Origin: Verrucomicrobiota bacterium
Lineage (GTDB): Bacteria; Verrucomicrobiota; Lentisphaeria; Lentisphaerales; Lentisphaeraceae
Assembly (NCBI GenBank): GCA_039798785.1
Contig: JBDKFG010000009.1
Location: forward strand, 27,054 to 91,053
Length of the DNA: 64,000 nt
Direction of reading: 5' to 3'
The first letter of the stretch is position 1. Every line of letters starts with the position of its first letter. The notes below the pieces were generated by a model. The model did no database searches and had not been told where the DNA came from. It saw only the letters and a list, made by a program, of their open reading frames with translations. The position numbers and the translations under genes were made by a program. Below are positions 49,601-53,860 of the stretch, in pieces.

Positions 49601-51966
49601 CTACCTGAGACGCTGAGGGTGTTAGCGCCGTTGCTGGCATTGATTCGGATGATTTCGACGTTGTTGAAGCTGTTGATCACGACATCAGGAGTGGTGGCTC
49701 CATCAGCGCCGGCATCAATGGTGACGGCGGCTGAAGCAACGATGAAGGCGTCAGCTCCGGCAGTGCCGTTTACCGCCAAGATGTCACCATTGGTCGAAGA
49801 TCCGCCATTGAAGGCGGGGACGTTCGAGTCGGTGGTGAAGATGTCATCGCCCGCGTTGCCATTAACAGTGAGGGTGGTGAAATTGTTGATCGCAGAATTG
49901 AGGGTGCCAAAGCCGAAAGTTCCCGATGTGCTGCTGCTGTCGTCCCATGAATAGCTATCAGCGACACCGCTGCCGTTGATGATGAATGAGTCTTGGCTGT
50001 TGCCATCAATGCTCAAGCTGCCAGTGCTCGGCTTGGTTAGCGTGATCTTATGAGAGAGGAAGGAGGAGGCGATGGCCTCGGGGCCTGTAGTGACAGCTCC
50101 ATCCCAGGTCAGGGCGATGCCAGCACCTACTGTGACCTCAACGAATTCGATGTGGATGCGGTGTTCGCCGACTGTGAGGTTGTGGGTGTTAGAGCCGGGA
50201 GTGTTGGTGGGGAAATCATTGACGCTAGTTACGAGGATGCCATCGATCCATAAGCCGGCGCAATCGTCAGCACTCAAAGCGAAGGTGTACACTCCTTCCT
50301 GGCCGGGCAATATGGTCAAAATGCCGTCCAGAGTCTGGCCAACATTGTCGAGCGAGGCTATTGCAGATACCAGGGAGATGTCGGACTTGATTTCAGTTCC
50401 CACGACCGTCTGGCCTGCAAATGTGTTGCCGCTGGCTAGCAGACTCGTGCCGGCATAGTTGTAATATTTGGCAACCAATCCAGCCGCCGACACGGTTATG
50501 GTGCTTGTATCGACTTGGGTCACGGTATATGATTGAGCCGTGCCGTTGCCATCTTGGAGAACGATGTTGTCGCCAGTGCTGGCGGCGGAGACTTTTGCTA
50601 TGCCGCGGATTTCAATCGTCCGCTCGGTGATGGTATCGCTGTCGAGATCGACAGAGATCGCGGCGGCTTCAGCGTAAAAGGTGTCTGCGGCGCCGCTGCC
50701 GTTGCCGGCTACTTGGATCCCCATGTCGACGAAGGAGCCATCGTTCAAGATCCTGTCGTTGCCGCCGGTGCTTAGAATGGTAAGAGACTCGGTGTTGACG
50801 TCAATGGTGCGGGTGCCGTTGGAAAGGTTGCCGCCACTCATGGTGATGACATCATCTCCGGCGGTGTCGACGAAGGTGAACGAGTCGGTGCCGCCGCTAC
50901 CGTTGAGCGTGATCGCGTTGATGCCGGCGACTGAGCCGACGATGCCGGCGAAATTCATTGAGTTGCCGTCGAGCGCAAAGTTGTTGGCTCCGGCTGTGCC
51001 ATGAATGGCGAGGCTGTTGGTGCCCGTGACATTGTAGAACAGGCCTTCCAAACTGCTGAAGTTGGCAATGGTGTTTTGAGCCGCGCCAAGTTTGAAAGTG
51101 TCTCCATCGACCACGCCATAATCGAACGAGGCGTTGTTGCCCGTCAGGTTCATTGTGTCCGTTCCGGCTCCCCCGTTGAAAGTCAGGCTCAGGCCATTGT
51201 CGAGGGTGCCATCGACATTGACGACGTCATTGTCGTCGAGACCGTTGATAGTGATATTTCTGATGTTGCCGTAGTTGATCGTGGTCGAGCCGAAGGTGAT
51301 GCTTGTGCTGCTGATTTCGAAAGTGTCGGCGCCTGCGGTCCCGTCGATGGTGAGGGCGTCTGTTGAGTTGAAGGATAGGAGGTCAATGGTGTCGACGCTG
51401 GCGTAGGGTCCGGCGAGATCGACTCCGCCCATCAACAAAGAGCCTGTGGCATCAGTGAAGCTGATGCTGATCGCATCGACGCTGGCGTTGACGTCATCAG
51501 TGACATCGAGATCGAGGGAGCCGCTGGTGACGACACTCGCTGACAGCAGGACTCGATCTTCGAGTTGCTCCAGTCCGGCCCAGGCTTTTTCCTGCTGGCG
51601 TTTGGCGTTCATCTCCTTGAGCTCTTTCACCAAGCGGCTCTTGAGTTCCTTGGTTTCTTCGGCTGCCCAATAGGGGCGGTGGGGGGCTTTTTTGCTGGTG
51701 TGGCCGCCGAAGACCTTGCCGAAGTAGCGGTGGGCGTCGGTGCTGAAGCGTTTGAGGCCGCTGACTTCCCCCTGGTTCTCGGGGCGGACGTAGGGGCTCA
51801 TTTTCGGCGCGATCCGGAACCCGGGCTGCTCGTAGTTCATCCGCACCAGTTGGTTGGCGGAGAGACGACGGATGCGGTGGTTGTAGTGAGAGATCTTCTG
51901 CTTGACCACCGCGACGTTGCCGCCGAGAGCTTCGAAGTAGCGGAGGAAGGATTGCTTGAAGGTCAT
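28630..51966 (-). CDS. Giant (7,778 aa) surface/extracellular protein: LEPR-XLL leader, PA14 domain, RTX Ca-binding repeats and ~650-aa mega-repeats
   Basis: Uninterrupted 23.3-kb ORF. GLEQLEDRVLLSA near aa 131-143; PA14-like GLVAKYY...YTFALSADD..GLWIDG...GEHRIHIEFVE; GGxGxD nonapeptide tract; near-consensus promoter upstream. Confidence 0.93.
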   Translation of the reverse strand: MTFKQSFLRYFEALGGNVAVVKQKISHYNHRIRRLSANQLVRMNYEQPGFRIAPKMSPYVRPENQGEVSGLKRFSTDAHRYFGKVFGGHTSKKAPHRPYWAAEETKELKSRLVKELKEMNAKRQQEKAWAGLEQLEDRVLLSASVVTSGSLDLDVTDDVNASVDAISISFTDATGSLLMGGVDLAGPYASVDTIDLLSFNSTDALTIDGTAGADTFEISSTSITFGSTTINYGNIRNITINGLDDNDVVNVDGTLDNGLSLTFNGGAGTDTMNLTGNNASFDYGVVDGDTFKLGAAQNTIANFSSLEGLFYNVTGTNSLAIHGTAGANNFALDGNSMNFAGIVGSVAGINAITLNGSGGTDSFTFVDTAGDDVITMSGGNLSNGTRTIDVNTESLTILSTGGNDRILNDGSFVDMGIQVAGNGSGAADTFYAEAAAISVDLDSDTITERTIEIRGIAKVSAASTGDNIVLQDGNGTAQSYTVTQVDTSTITVSAAGLVAKYYNYAGTSLLASGNTFAGQTVVGTEIKSDISLVSAIASLDNVGQTLDGILTILPGQEGVYTFALSADDCAGLWIDGILVTSVNDFPTNTPGSNTHNLTVGEHRIHIEFVEVTVGAGIALTWDGAVTTGPEAIASSFLSHKITLTKPSTGSLSIDGNSQDSFIINGSGVADSYSWDDSSSTSGTFGFGTLNSAINNFTTLTVNGNAGDDIFTTDSNVPAFNGGSSTNGDILAVNGTAGADAFIVASAAVTIDAGADGATTPDVVINSFNNVEIIRINASNGANTLSVSGSLDVEYTGGVNNDAVTVTGAAGADTFVLTSGVLSNGATDLTMSSVENLTINSGAGNDSVTSDGSLASLTVDGGANTDTLNVTGTAGADSITASNVETVTIVGGGGADTASITGAGVTATVSQTESVSYNGSAGGTNSLTIDDVATTLFNYTGGAGTDTVVFSTSAAGDAFGDAVKIDVTALGSGSIQLEDDVNHSPGAFPTAFLADYSYSYTGVENITINGGALADALVLTNKSGADPVMPVVTYFGGAGNDVIYFDAESTAYRTSKLGTDRTLKTSTNEVLLNFDINDTLYVINSNLSQQPLDKTELANGLSRLIDLMAGFKDYDEMAASFPFLNDTVTFGALLGPDTIMTAMRDRFNTYFSSYATPTLQDLVNFLEDTTNGWAGIAGYTWTVTFDSNSDVDLKWAKGRSGFSALFDMKIEATKTTTAQVMDRLDDNNQNLYASQGFAFGGGNVTFDVNSKLTFDIVLDAGDNFGITIQDLKAEFSTANTTVDVGTPTLLRVGILDTDVSSGSVNVSATVNTTFPATEVQYADLALASYNNNAIEMFDSLSTSISGTGSVDADFSLTPVSASGLTLEAGGVYTLQLGAGSAVNLFDIKEPAPLATFSDDLNGFRLLNSQALMQPVEAYVNWLRQLAGSDLFDGEIPMADGRTLGDVLDFAEAFQTQLSNSLYTVDAEGNLASTAFTTLQQFVALTKPAGSSWSVSFDKDSNVLLVSASLSKTLQDQLIGLKEATNEFGTLQKIDVRTPTVEALSTPAGKAWSLAADASLNLTLTPLGGVATSNSFSLTAANTNDNASIADLAGDINTLLDAVTVAGQTPASSDKWSKFVQAVIQGNRIVLAVREGANLDLTADVAALGFLASDIIISGTPNPTLMKTFQLRGTDDAVLKISLDGALAHTATMTAASTSTNTSSTDLLADLNTALSTSVGTGNGATTVFTVPDTLGTLAVFVNGVHQPNTAYTISGTTLTFTAAPAASADIRVGQTYASLTGDGRLAINSADTAKALTVEFDEGNAAEQLGFVSGIKSHVTLDSSLLATLDFSYTFTTVGWEPLMASDPVFSTDADSSGSSTNTGGQSFAITIDNGTSNTYALSVPAGTYSGVNQLVAALNSTLVAEGSLEDKLYFASSSQYFDVYNESDAVYVGRVYVSGYDTRTNTTLANLISDLDQSLAAAVLADGSAMSTVLDASSSSGKVSFTGIGALAGKNLVINFSGSTLGYQMGFNTAQLTSAATTLVASSPPASGVLSSDSNFSVSHTISGGSAVTHTFTLTASATNDNNSNFMLLQDVNALLAATTYGATTDKWSKHVKASLNSDGTITLAKINTADTFSVTAATSQLSRSGNILTASTANNFRLSSSTIPESLVLFGKSGSASDSYKSIFITSSDPVSFKELTGFTSGQFTFASHISEASIKDSSSLTAELDLAWSAPSAVMDFGFMQFNTSDAQAKGHLQVVTGMNGDRNVSSLFESAPSVIASALDLDNEDLADLVGYSGPNGTEQFEFTFSGFAAGTDTADLKNKLVYSATKGGLADGEPAAVAELGLDYNMSSAYTLLGSAKVAGNGQINGNAGFDITIGGATKTVSLLQGLTLDNSSAALLANDLTSAIRKAGHQEVTVTEEGGFLVIKDGLNRQITLSNLTGTAGSDLKLSAGSSVQKLIGGVAAPSGGDASEYRLSQNAVFTLNGTQVTITAAATNENTSAANFLADVNAALATAGLNTSFSADLFSDRLVFTRTSGSGAFTISVAEATEITARNGNNIDSASLIRASSTDVIAALEKAAEFLADLSTEDLLGADIPVLDMSLDGINPFAAEFGQLIAETKAKSFVTYSEFQAYLNEAFRTSSTIDGITPEVNFIFNADILQLGLKFVHTDTVDYSLNLNLYDLAALDAGGTPAELDNENLVLITVNSPTVLDVKSTAVVNLDIEIDYAVEEPELTLKNTSSASLSFAAVTEDVRADILIGAKNLSIINGTIVFDADGDASTDDKAVYTIDFDNDVSLAADATLDVANDLSVSLAGQGMVELPFFNTPSLLDPVTVDFQDGSNEASSVGFAFASLQDLAEGIDGSVEIVTEPGKALPGLASVAESDFLTILRNPDLVIAGIDRLLRMVEISVSAPFEAMGEIPLVGDRLYDAVKPLLDTLSSMRINVRSYLQNQFDAAGLSDNDLIIKFQEIIYNIFGPSGLDILVDRRGDLDNLVQQNDVLVRTFIDGENDGVEYDFRLGQEYAVSVPFEFGFGGSVFGLEVDGGEGLTIEMSWDFDFGFGIALQDLFYFVVDHSDGYGNDLPELRASIDVTIPGFSAEVNLGVLGAVIEDGFEASTRVTSTTIPILDFLPVTGKNRAGTFKVHTYDNTGTLIETLTYTNSSPNIDPLSLIADMNVQLLSLTGGVLAVPVFDDPLAQLENATTINDLGFSIQLKARDVDAKHIRIEHVSGYDFGFIDSQFEDQRSMTLGFSDGQTGSTITAANAAPAEGELAENALIEITVAGKTFDFELFASSVEGVIDTAAGFQNINIGNVQSGTGMDGAAELGLNSLSNNNTDTVTGAAFFNPASPVNSDFRINSDAIFDITVDGETHTVKVAWGKTSGNTSADELVEDIQDAINAAGLVMSVGITNDGRLEFTEAVKFMEGLDSLVSILNDEMMIALGEAGLNTNGITFSLNGSNQLVLTSSIGSMALGVDTRDKSHISLVFEANVVDTGEGDEDDGRLTISEISIEALEASIKGEAMANLQINGNADALTALLGSTGIPGLGNLGLPEVNFGFHTGFSAHAEFAEGETSYDYGFENLEFHNVSVDAGSLISSIIKPIAGTIFKLLDPIIQIVGPAIVTGADAATGFLYSDIPILSDLANYISGIPSKVIDLIPGGQQIVNMINAIKKLVELITALSDYLANYGDENIIINLGNWAVVTDPESPLFIGKTKLPIPLEIVELFDAVTQAEENANEAGGSATGSASALSNILRLMGVQNDGSSQFTSTPAGFQLDFFKIQNIFNLILGKPFDIISYNFVEVHVSAGFNFGFGFGSGGNSLNFSIGGRVWFDAAFSVVYDSNGFDKIMAAKDAGLQPNYLDLLDGFAVRTKRGNEVEAGISMYGGGGISIRTPEIRIPIYYPFGKTYLTIPAITIFAVQCNISANLRIGLDLRDPNEDGKLRLDEIIDIMTHEDGSIHPECLITMFDINGSVSASFYFSATIMNATVNINADVDVSFSLQELFGIADALGCDAFQPKLATLLADTRVLRLNAGEFAAERIHGDSDDSDGVTMYVFSPGSGTYGANTVTVRMGSTTKSYDGSSFDSIMFRGLQGADTIDASGLGSKWSVDLRGGAGNDNLTGGAGNDLILGGLGNDILSGGGGNDYINAGQGNDTLRGGADQDFLVGGRGDDNTDGGGGADKYLYGTTSEDRSNWGNDSVGETDAGTGLTALAIAIESISELDPDDNPDTTNYILVTITGHGFSGDIVANLTGVGGVHSAINREIYLERLDADSFKAYVSNAGAKGSALEYLSPYEAKAGRGWAVITNATSLSRYTDPQGRSFDSRPAALKNYDDNLDFSTIRASKSLNFVLDGSGTSVSIGGSDGTNNTVTSTGLSIERMIGGQGDDTFSVSATSSRGVVLDGGEGSDDYFITDSPSILGDVYVFDQGTVPAIDRLFVQGSSGTDNIGVTSQKVHLTSGRDIQYRPGNFDGGAEKIIFTLNEGDDFLNIESSSAKTTLDIFTNDGADTIRFGVLNTTALSTAAGNQVATGERVNLAGIDTETVINVDAGYHGDFIQFYDTTEIANQLGKITNNFVRGFGIDPDGGVKFVRSENLFFDLGSGADTLDEVADLTNFTVTANGNDGNDTFTIRKNLGTVTLDGGNGNDGFYIGTKAFEYFAAGALNETENGLLDGIHGIVNITGGANTDTVVLDDSLNTETKTGNLTDTSISGLGMSNSGLAGVQADNLGTVNYSTENLIIYLGQNNDRLFVTDSHTGSTTIVGNQGDDSVLATQVSGSFSVEGDNASLNTANSTEGRDYVYIGTVAANAVVDISLEDGGDQVVDITTIVAGTGSVTVNTGSGADALRFESVNSDLTVTTTGGDDTVFIDTNNATTSVNTGANNDEIYIRANTSIGALTLNSSTGNSFVKFGAEAPDQWQQWLEDVETALLANPAIVEDRSDNAAAVTMAAEIENSGNINSIEGSISVTGNAAGTNIVEINDDGGDGSDLVLEDGAIFFGNATQGTLTYANTDYLNIFGSSSADQIDILSANQTTDTFVLLDQGADEINLGFHDDADFVITGLSDNSRTLAALDGFLRLDANAGYNLQSIVDFRTLVTDNTADASTAGVPTSINTWDETGDDLIVLHDVYASGINTGRISNTQIDGFGIDRTDDDAQVQLQGAILPGNTNPVTPDTGNDINAGSLRYFDFDDMVVNFGAADDILNLVGVFEGDDSADAPLFRDSNSTIARTLVINADAGSNEVKSGTGIVNGVSTDVELLPHASEKFAQDPAFLNIAGIQTEARYGIEGIFANVTVNSVSGGNNILTVDDSNNTAPNTFVVTAPARDVNGVIIPGINYGSITGSGRSANGIGNVIYYDATQSVLNLLLGQNNDRVFIEDTFDGITNIVGNQGDDTVIAKSLHGTVNFQGDNTDLTLPTEGNDRIFVDLIQANARVTITMDSGDDVVDIGEVLAGTGFLLIAGEEGDDQIRVGDVGTLTNPTSLTIHGDLRDSNNTVVNASDKDRIFVDHTDTITTITTEGDDDEIYVRAIDAGATTSIDAGLTGTGSDFVKLGAEAPDEWQQWLLDLANALIDDNQADDNLNPQDNLNRGIWTNNTSLGFGVPVIAGITVIAAVPPAPGTQFNGLGQEYLTYTLSRPHTALPVIPVIMTQNSGLISGIQADVSVEGGDAGGGGGGGGGGGNTDGVHYNYLEFNDDKNTAGTRMVLENNRISLLDSSGNLRRITYNDIDFLNLFTGSGDDRVDVVSTHINTDTFILLDAGDDTVNLNSSTDLINNEVISRQNSMEHLVGYLRIDGNAGYNKKSIDANADIVVNTSALDNTWQRAGYDTLNLVNTSVETDGRISNTQIDGFGIDRDDTDRSQPADSGSLRYYDFDRMNVNLGGFNDKLSIVGVFDSGIATADESVADAKQGTAVSSKHRQLILNTGEGNDSVSLGVGSYFRGAADDNNGISKTDIDSLPIADDINDASNLSRVHADVIVNAGMGDDSLYIDDSTDIALNTGYMTASYVAGLGRSNRDGAGDGDTENDVAILYDTDIENLSLYLGQNSDRLFIESTFANNTTIIGNGGGDAFLANTLNGTVTIEGDSSLQNLSQLDGAIFAMNATVVEGDDHFFISTVAGSAVVTLSGDRGDDIFDVHTVGLRARLAISGEEGDDGVRIENIMSQATVNVDGDGRDLNNRVSSASDKDIVFVDFNGGTLSVDTGSDNDRIYLRGNDVYGTANLQAGSSRNSFDNEADTSERADLQSIDDVTNIVELDFIKIGAEAPNQWQDRLVNLENGHVNDGSANGYLGRGTDLSAYNDGGATWVAASGTGLDGAWNGSTSAWRNAEGDAALAAATEDAHSENVGDLSDLRGTVNIDGGDQNNRNYLEINDSGVQAQRDLVLDDDRVTIVHSSNLGRINYLNIDFLNLFLSQGDDRIDVTSTHDQTDTFILGGSGDDSIILGASSTLINDENYQDGTLNHIRGYLNLQANAGYNRTFITRPEDFELDTLTPMVSIASELAGASHPKNSWTLGGYDSITLNAQGNLNFLSEGRISNSQIDGFGIERQDTDLVSDSSVTEATDKGGLRYFDFDKMTVNLSNARDILHVYGVFESAIDRDDESKADIKQGSAQQSIKRQLIVNTNSGDDVITLGVGTYSEGASGTNGISKPDITQLPAIDAINDSSSLDRIFADVTLDAGFGNDSLHVDDSADSKVNTGTLSATAITGLGRNDRNNDNAAENDNAVNINYGLNLESLNIYLGTQGDRLFVTDTFANSTAIFGNGGADAILVTRLSGTVDIHGDSSTQNLAAVNSMLNYVTTNVLEEDDSIFIDDISADAVVTIGGDRGDDLISVGTIAYGSGSVSISGEEGDDQIRVLSAASPLSIYGDGRDSINADTTATDNDRISIGSASAATLVNAAGGSDEVYLKANSGAGSVSIDTGVTPFAGRDFVKLGAEAPSQWISWLAAVESARSFNPELIKGGSGISFVSMAALVQSSGDLAGIRANVDVKGSDLVSTVNGNYLELNDDAATSGRKLVVESNRITLVHNAAASDTDAGNKPRITYSDIDFLNLFSGNFDDQVDIVSTQLNTDTFVLLDEGDDTVNLGSSTALIGNEVAAVLNSLQYLNGYLRIDGNAGYKNQSIDQHDDLVLSGTGGANNTWKQLGYDTVNLNNSGTLTSNGRISNTQIDGFGIARDDLDGSQDAGDGSLRYFDFDKMGVVLGGGADILKVVGVFESATLNRDESIADLKQGTATQTAQRLLNIDGGAGNDAITLGVGSYSGGASGINGISKADIAGLPAVDGLTDASGLNNIFANVSVVSGLGTDSLHIDDSTDTKVNTGTLSATSISGLGRNDRTGDGLADNDNNVGINYSTDTENFNLYLGANNDRLFITDTFANNSNIYGNGGSDAFLATLLRGRVDIQGDSSVQNLAALDAAVTGIIATVSEATDYIFVKTVAAGATVNLSGDAGNDVIDVTTVALGTGSLTISGEEGDDQIRVEAAGSTTTIYGDNRDANNPPVTASDKDRIFVDTATAVTKIYGGGDNDNLYLRANSGSGAVTLDGGTGTDGVKLGAEAPTQWQTWLVNLATALGSQSTTVNGGSIANVTMATLTANVSNMAAITASVTQVGNETAALMQAGPVAKTATAPGLVAAAASPVLGGIAQDLQLGHEEEKWSSYGSQEYRVFAGFDAEEVFVDNYLAPVKPAAAPVLPSYKAAAPLRFQSFANGVSGQETSLLTGSFQVLPALPSDEEIDQRLREELRKSFELSPESQQQEQPPAREAAPAEEPEDGKPEEPKAEKSGWKRSLESVLSFFFKL

Positions 51967-52065
51967 AGGTTCACCTGGGTTCAGTTTCGTTTCGAGTCAA
52001 AAATGTGTGAGTGGCCGCCCGGATCCGGAGACGCAGGCAGAGTCCACCCTTTTGTGGATGCTACC

Positions 52066-52094
52066 ATTATAGGAGTCCGGCGATGTCGGGTCAA
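52066..52094 (-). promoter_or_regulatory. Sigma70-type promoter for the giant gene: TTGACC-N17-TATAAT
   Basis: Reverse complement of 52089-52094 is TTGACC and of 52066-52071 is TATAAT, with 17-bp spacing, ~100 bp upstream of the ATG. Confidence 0.75.
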
Positions 52095-52389
52095 GGGGGC
52101 AAGGGAAGAATCTTGAAGGATTAACTATATTTATAAAATATTTTACTATAAATGTTTACGTCAATAAAAATAAAAGATTTGATGGCCTAGCAAGTTTTGT
52201 GCCCAGCTGTTTCCTAGGAGCGCGCCAGTCCCTACCGCCTTTCCTTTCGCCGCACCGAAAGTTTGTTTAATCGATCAAGAGCAAAGCGATGAATACAGTG
52301 CCACAAGACTGCCGAGGTCCCAAGGAGCAAGAACGGCGGCAAGTGATTGGCGCGGTCCCTGGGTGAGGCGACAAACGCCGCTCTTCCTC

Positions 52390-52418
52390 TTGCGCTTTTG
52401 GCGAAAGTATTCTAGACT
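52390..52418 (+). promoter_or_regulatory. Candidate sigma70 promoter for the DUF3467-MFP operon: TTGCGC-N17-TAGACT
   Basis: Hexamers at 52390-52395 and 52413-52418, ~50 bp upstream of the DUF3467 gene. Confidence 0.5.
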
Positions 52419-52466
52419 GGAAAGGCGCGATCCACACGCGCTTCATTTCTCACCTATCACGACTGC

Positions 52467-52847
52467 ATGACCAAGGAGCGAATCATGGCCCAGGAAAAGA
52501 AAGCGAACAAGGAAGTAGAAGCTCAAGCGGAGCAGCAAATCGGAACCAAAAAGATCCGCCTGCGTGTGGATCAGCGGGAGATGAAGAGTTGCTACTCGAA
52601 TTCTTTCCGCCCGATTGCTTCTACGGAGGAGCTTCTCCTTGACTTCGGCATCAATCAGGCCATGCCGGTCGAGGACGGCAAGGGAGAGACTGCGGCTGAG
52701 ATTGTCTTTGAAGTCGACAGCCGCATCATCATGAACTATTACACAGCCAAACGACTCGCACTCAGCCTCAATCAAGTGGTTGGCCAGTACGAGAAGCAGT
52801 TCGGCGAAATCAAGCTCAATGCGGCGGATCGCCGCACCAAGGGCTGA
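52467..52847 (+). CDS. DUF3467 domain protein
   Basis: MKSCYSNSF...STEELLLDFGINQ...RIIMNYYTAKRLALSL..VVGQYEKQFGEI. The true start may be the second ATG (52485, AAGGAG RBS). Confidence 0.85.
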   Translation: MTKERIMAQEKKANKEVEAQAEQQIGTKKIRLRVDQREMKSCYSNSFRPIASTEELLLDFGINQAMPVEDGKGETAAEIVFEVDSRIIMNYYTAKRLALSLNQVVGQYEKQFGEIKLNAADRRTKG

Positions 52848-52867
52848 TAGCTTTCCTTGTCTCTCTT

Positions 52868-52906
52868 GTCCCATGCGACCCATGCGACTCATGAGTCTCA
52901 TGGGAC
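52868..52906. repeat. 9-bp periodic palindromic repeat (CCCATGCGA)n
   Basis: gtcccatgcga-cccatgcga-ctcatgagtctcatgggac; outer GTCCCATG/CATGGGAC pair. Confidence 0.7.
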
Positions 52907-52936
52907 TTTCTTTTCAATTTCCAGGAAAGCCCAACG

Positions 52937-53860
52937 ATGATCCGACTCACCGCCATTCTCATCCTCGCCTCTTCCTCTTCGCTCTTGTCGGCCGAAGAGG
53001 TCGAGGCGATCTCCCGTCCCAGCGCCGATGCCCAGCTGGCCTTTGTCAGGCCGGGCTTGGTCGCGGAGCTGAAGGTCAAGGCTGGCCAGCATCTGCGCAA
53101 AGGAGAAGTGGCGGCGATACTTGAGGCGCAGCTGGAGGAGCTCCGCTGCCGCCAGCTGGAGAAGGAACTGGCGACCGATTCCCGCCGCGGCATGGAAGAG
53201 ATCCTGCTGGCGCAGAAGCGGCGCGACTATGAGTCGATGAAGGCGGCGGTCGAGAAGTCTGCGGCGACCGCCAAGGAAGTGGAGTATGCCGCCCTGGAGA
53301 TCGAAAAGAGCCAGCAGAACCTGCGGCAGCTCGATTTCGAAAAACAGCAGCTGCAGGCGAAGATCGAGGAGGCGAAGCTGCTTCTGGCTCAAACCCGCTT
53401 GGTGTCGCCGCTCGACGGCTTGGTTGAAGAGGTGGCGGTGGAAGTCGGCGAAGCGGCCGAGCCCTTGAAGGGGGTGATCCGGGTGGTCCAGATCAACCCC
53501 CTCTGGCTCGAGGTCCCGGTGCCGCAAGCCAGCGCCCTCAAATTGAAGCTGGGCGATTTTCTGGACGTCAAAAGCGTCGTCCCCGGCCAGGCGCTGAAAG
53601 GCAAGATCATTTTCAAGGCCGCCTTGGCCGATGCCGCCAGCGAGACTGCGACCATCCGCCTTGAGGTGGATAATGCCGCCCTGCTCCCGGCCGGCAGCCG
53701 CTACAGGGTGCAGATTCCGGAGGCGCCTGCCGCTCCCCTGGGAGCGCGCCAGCCCCCTGGCGCCCTGCCTTTCGCCGACGGCGAAAGGGTGTTAAGTGAT
53801 GATGGGCAAAGCCACGAACACAGCGTCAAAGGGCTGGCGCGCTCCCAGGTTTCACAATGA
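52937..53860 (+). CDS. Efflux RND/HlyD-type periplasmic adaptor (membrane fusion protein)
   Basis: Signal peptide; RPGLVAELKVKAGQHLRKGE; coiled coil; LVSPLDGLVEEV.VEVGE; DAASET..IRLEVDN...LPAG. Confidence 0.9.
   Translation: MIRLTAILILASSSSLLSAEEVEAISRPSADAQLAFVRPGLVAELKVKAGQHLRKGEVAAILEAQLEELRCRQLEKELATDSRRGMEEILLAQKRRDYESMKAAVEKSAATAKEVEYAALEIEKSQQNLRQLDFEKQQLQAKIEEAKLLLAQTRLVSPLDGLVEEVAVEVGEAAEPLKGVIRVVQINPLWLEVPVPQASALKLKLGDFLDVKSVVPGQALKGKIIFKAALADAASETATIRLEVDNAALLPAGSRYRVQIPEAPAAPLGARQPPGALPFADGERVLSDDGQSHEHSVKGLARSQVSQ

Noticed and set aside
52110..52185. AT-rich tract as replication origin or mobile-element end
   Set aside because: No DnaA-box cluster or terminal repeats were seen. 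It is better explained as UP-element/regulator DNA between divergent promoters.
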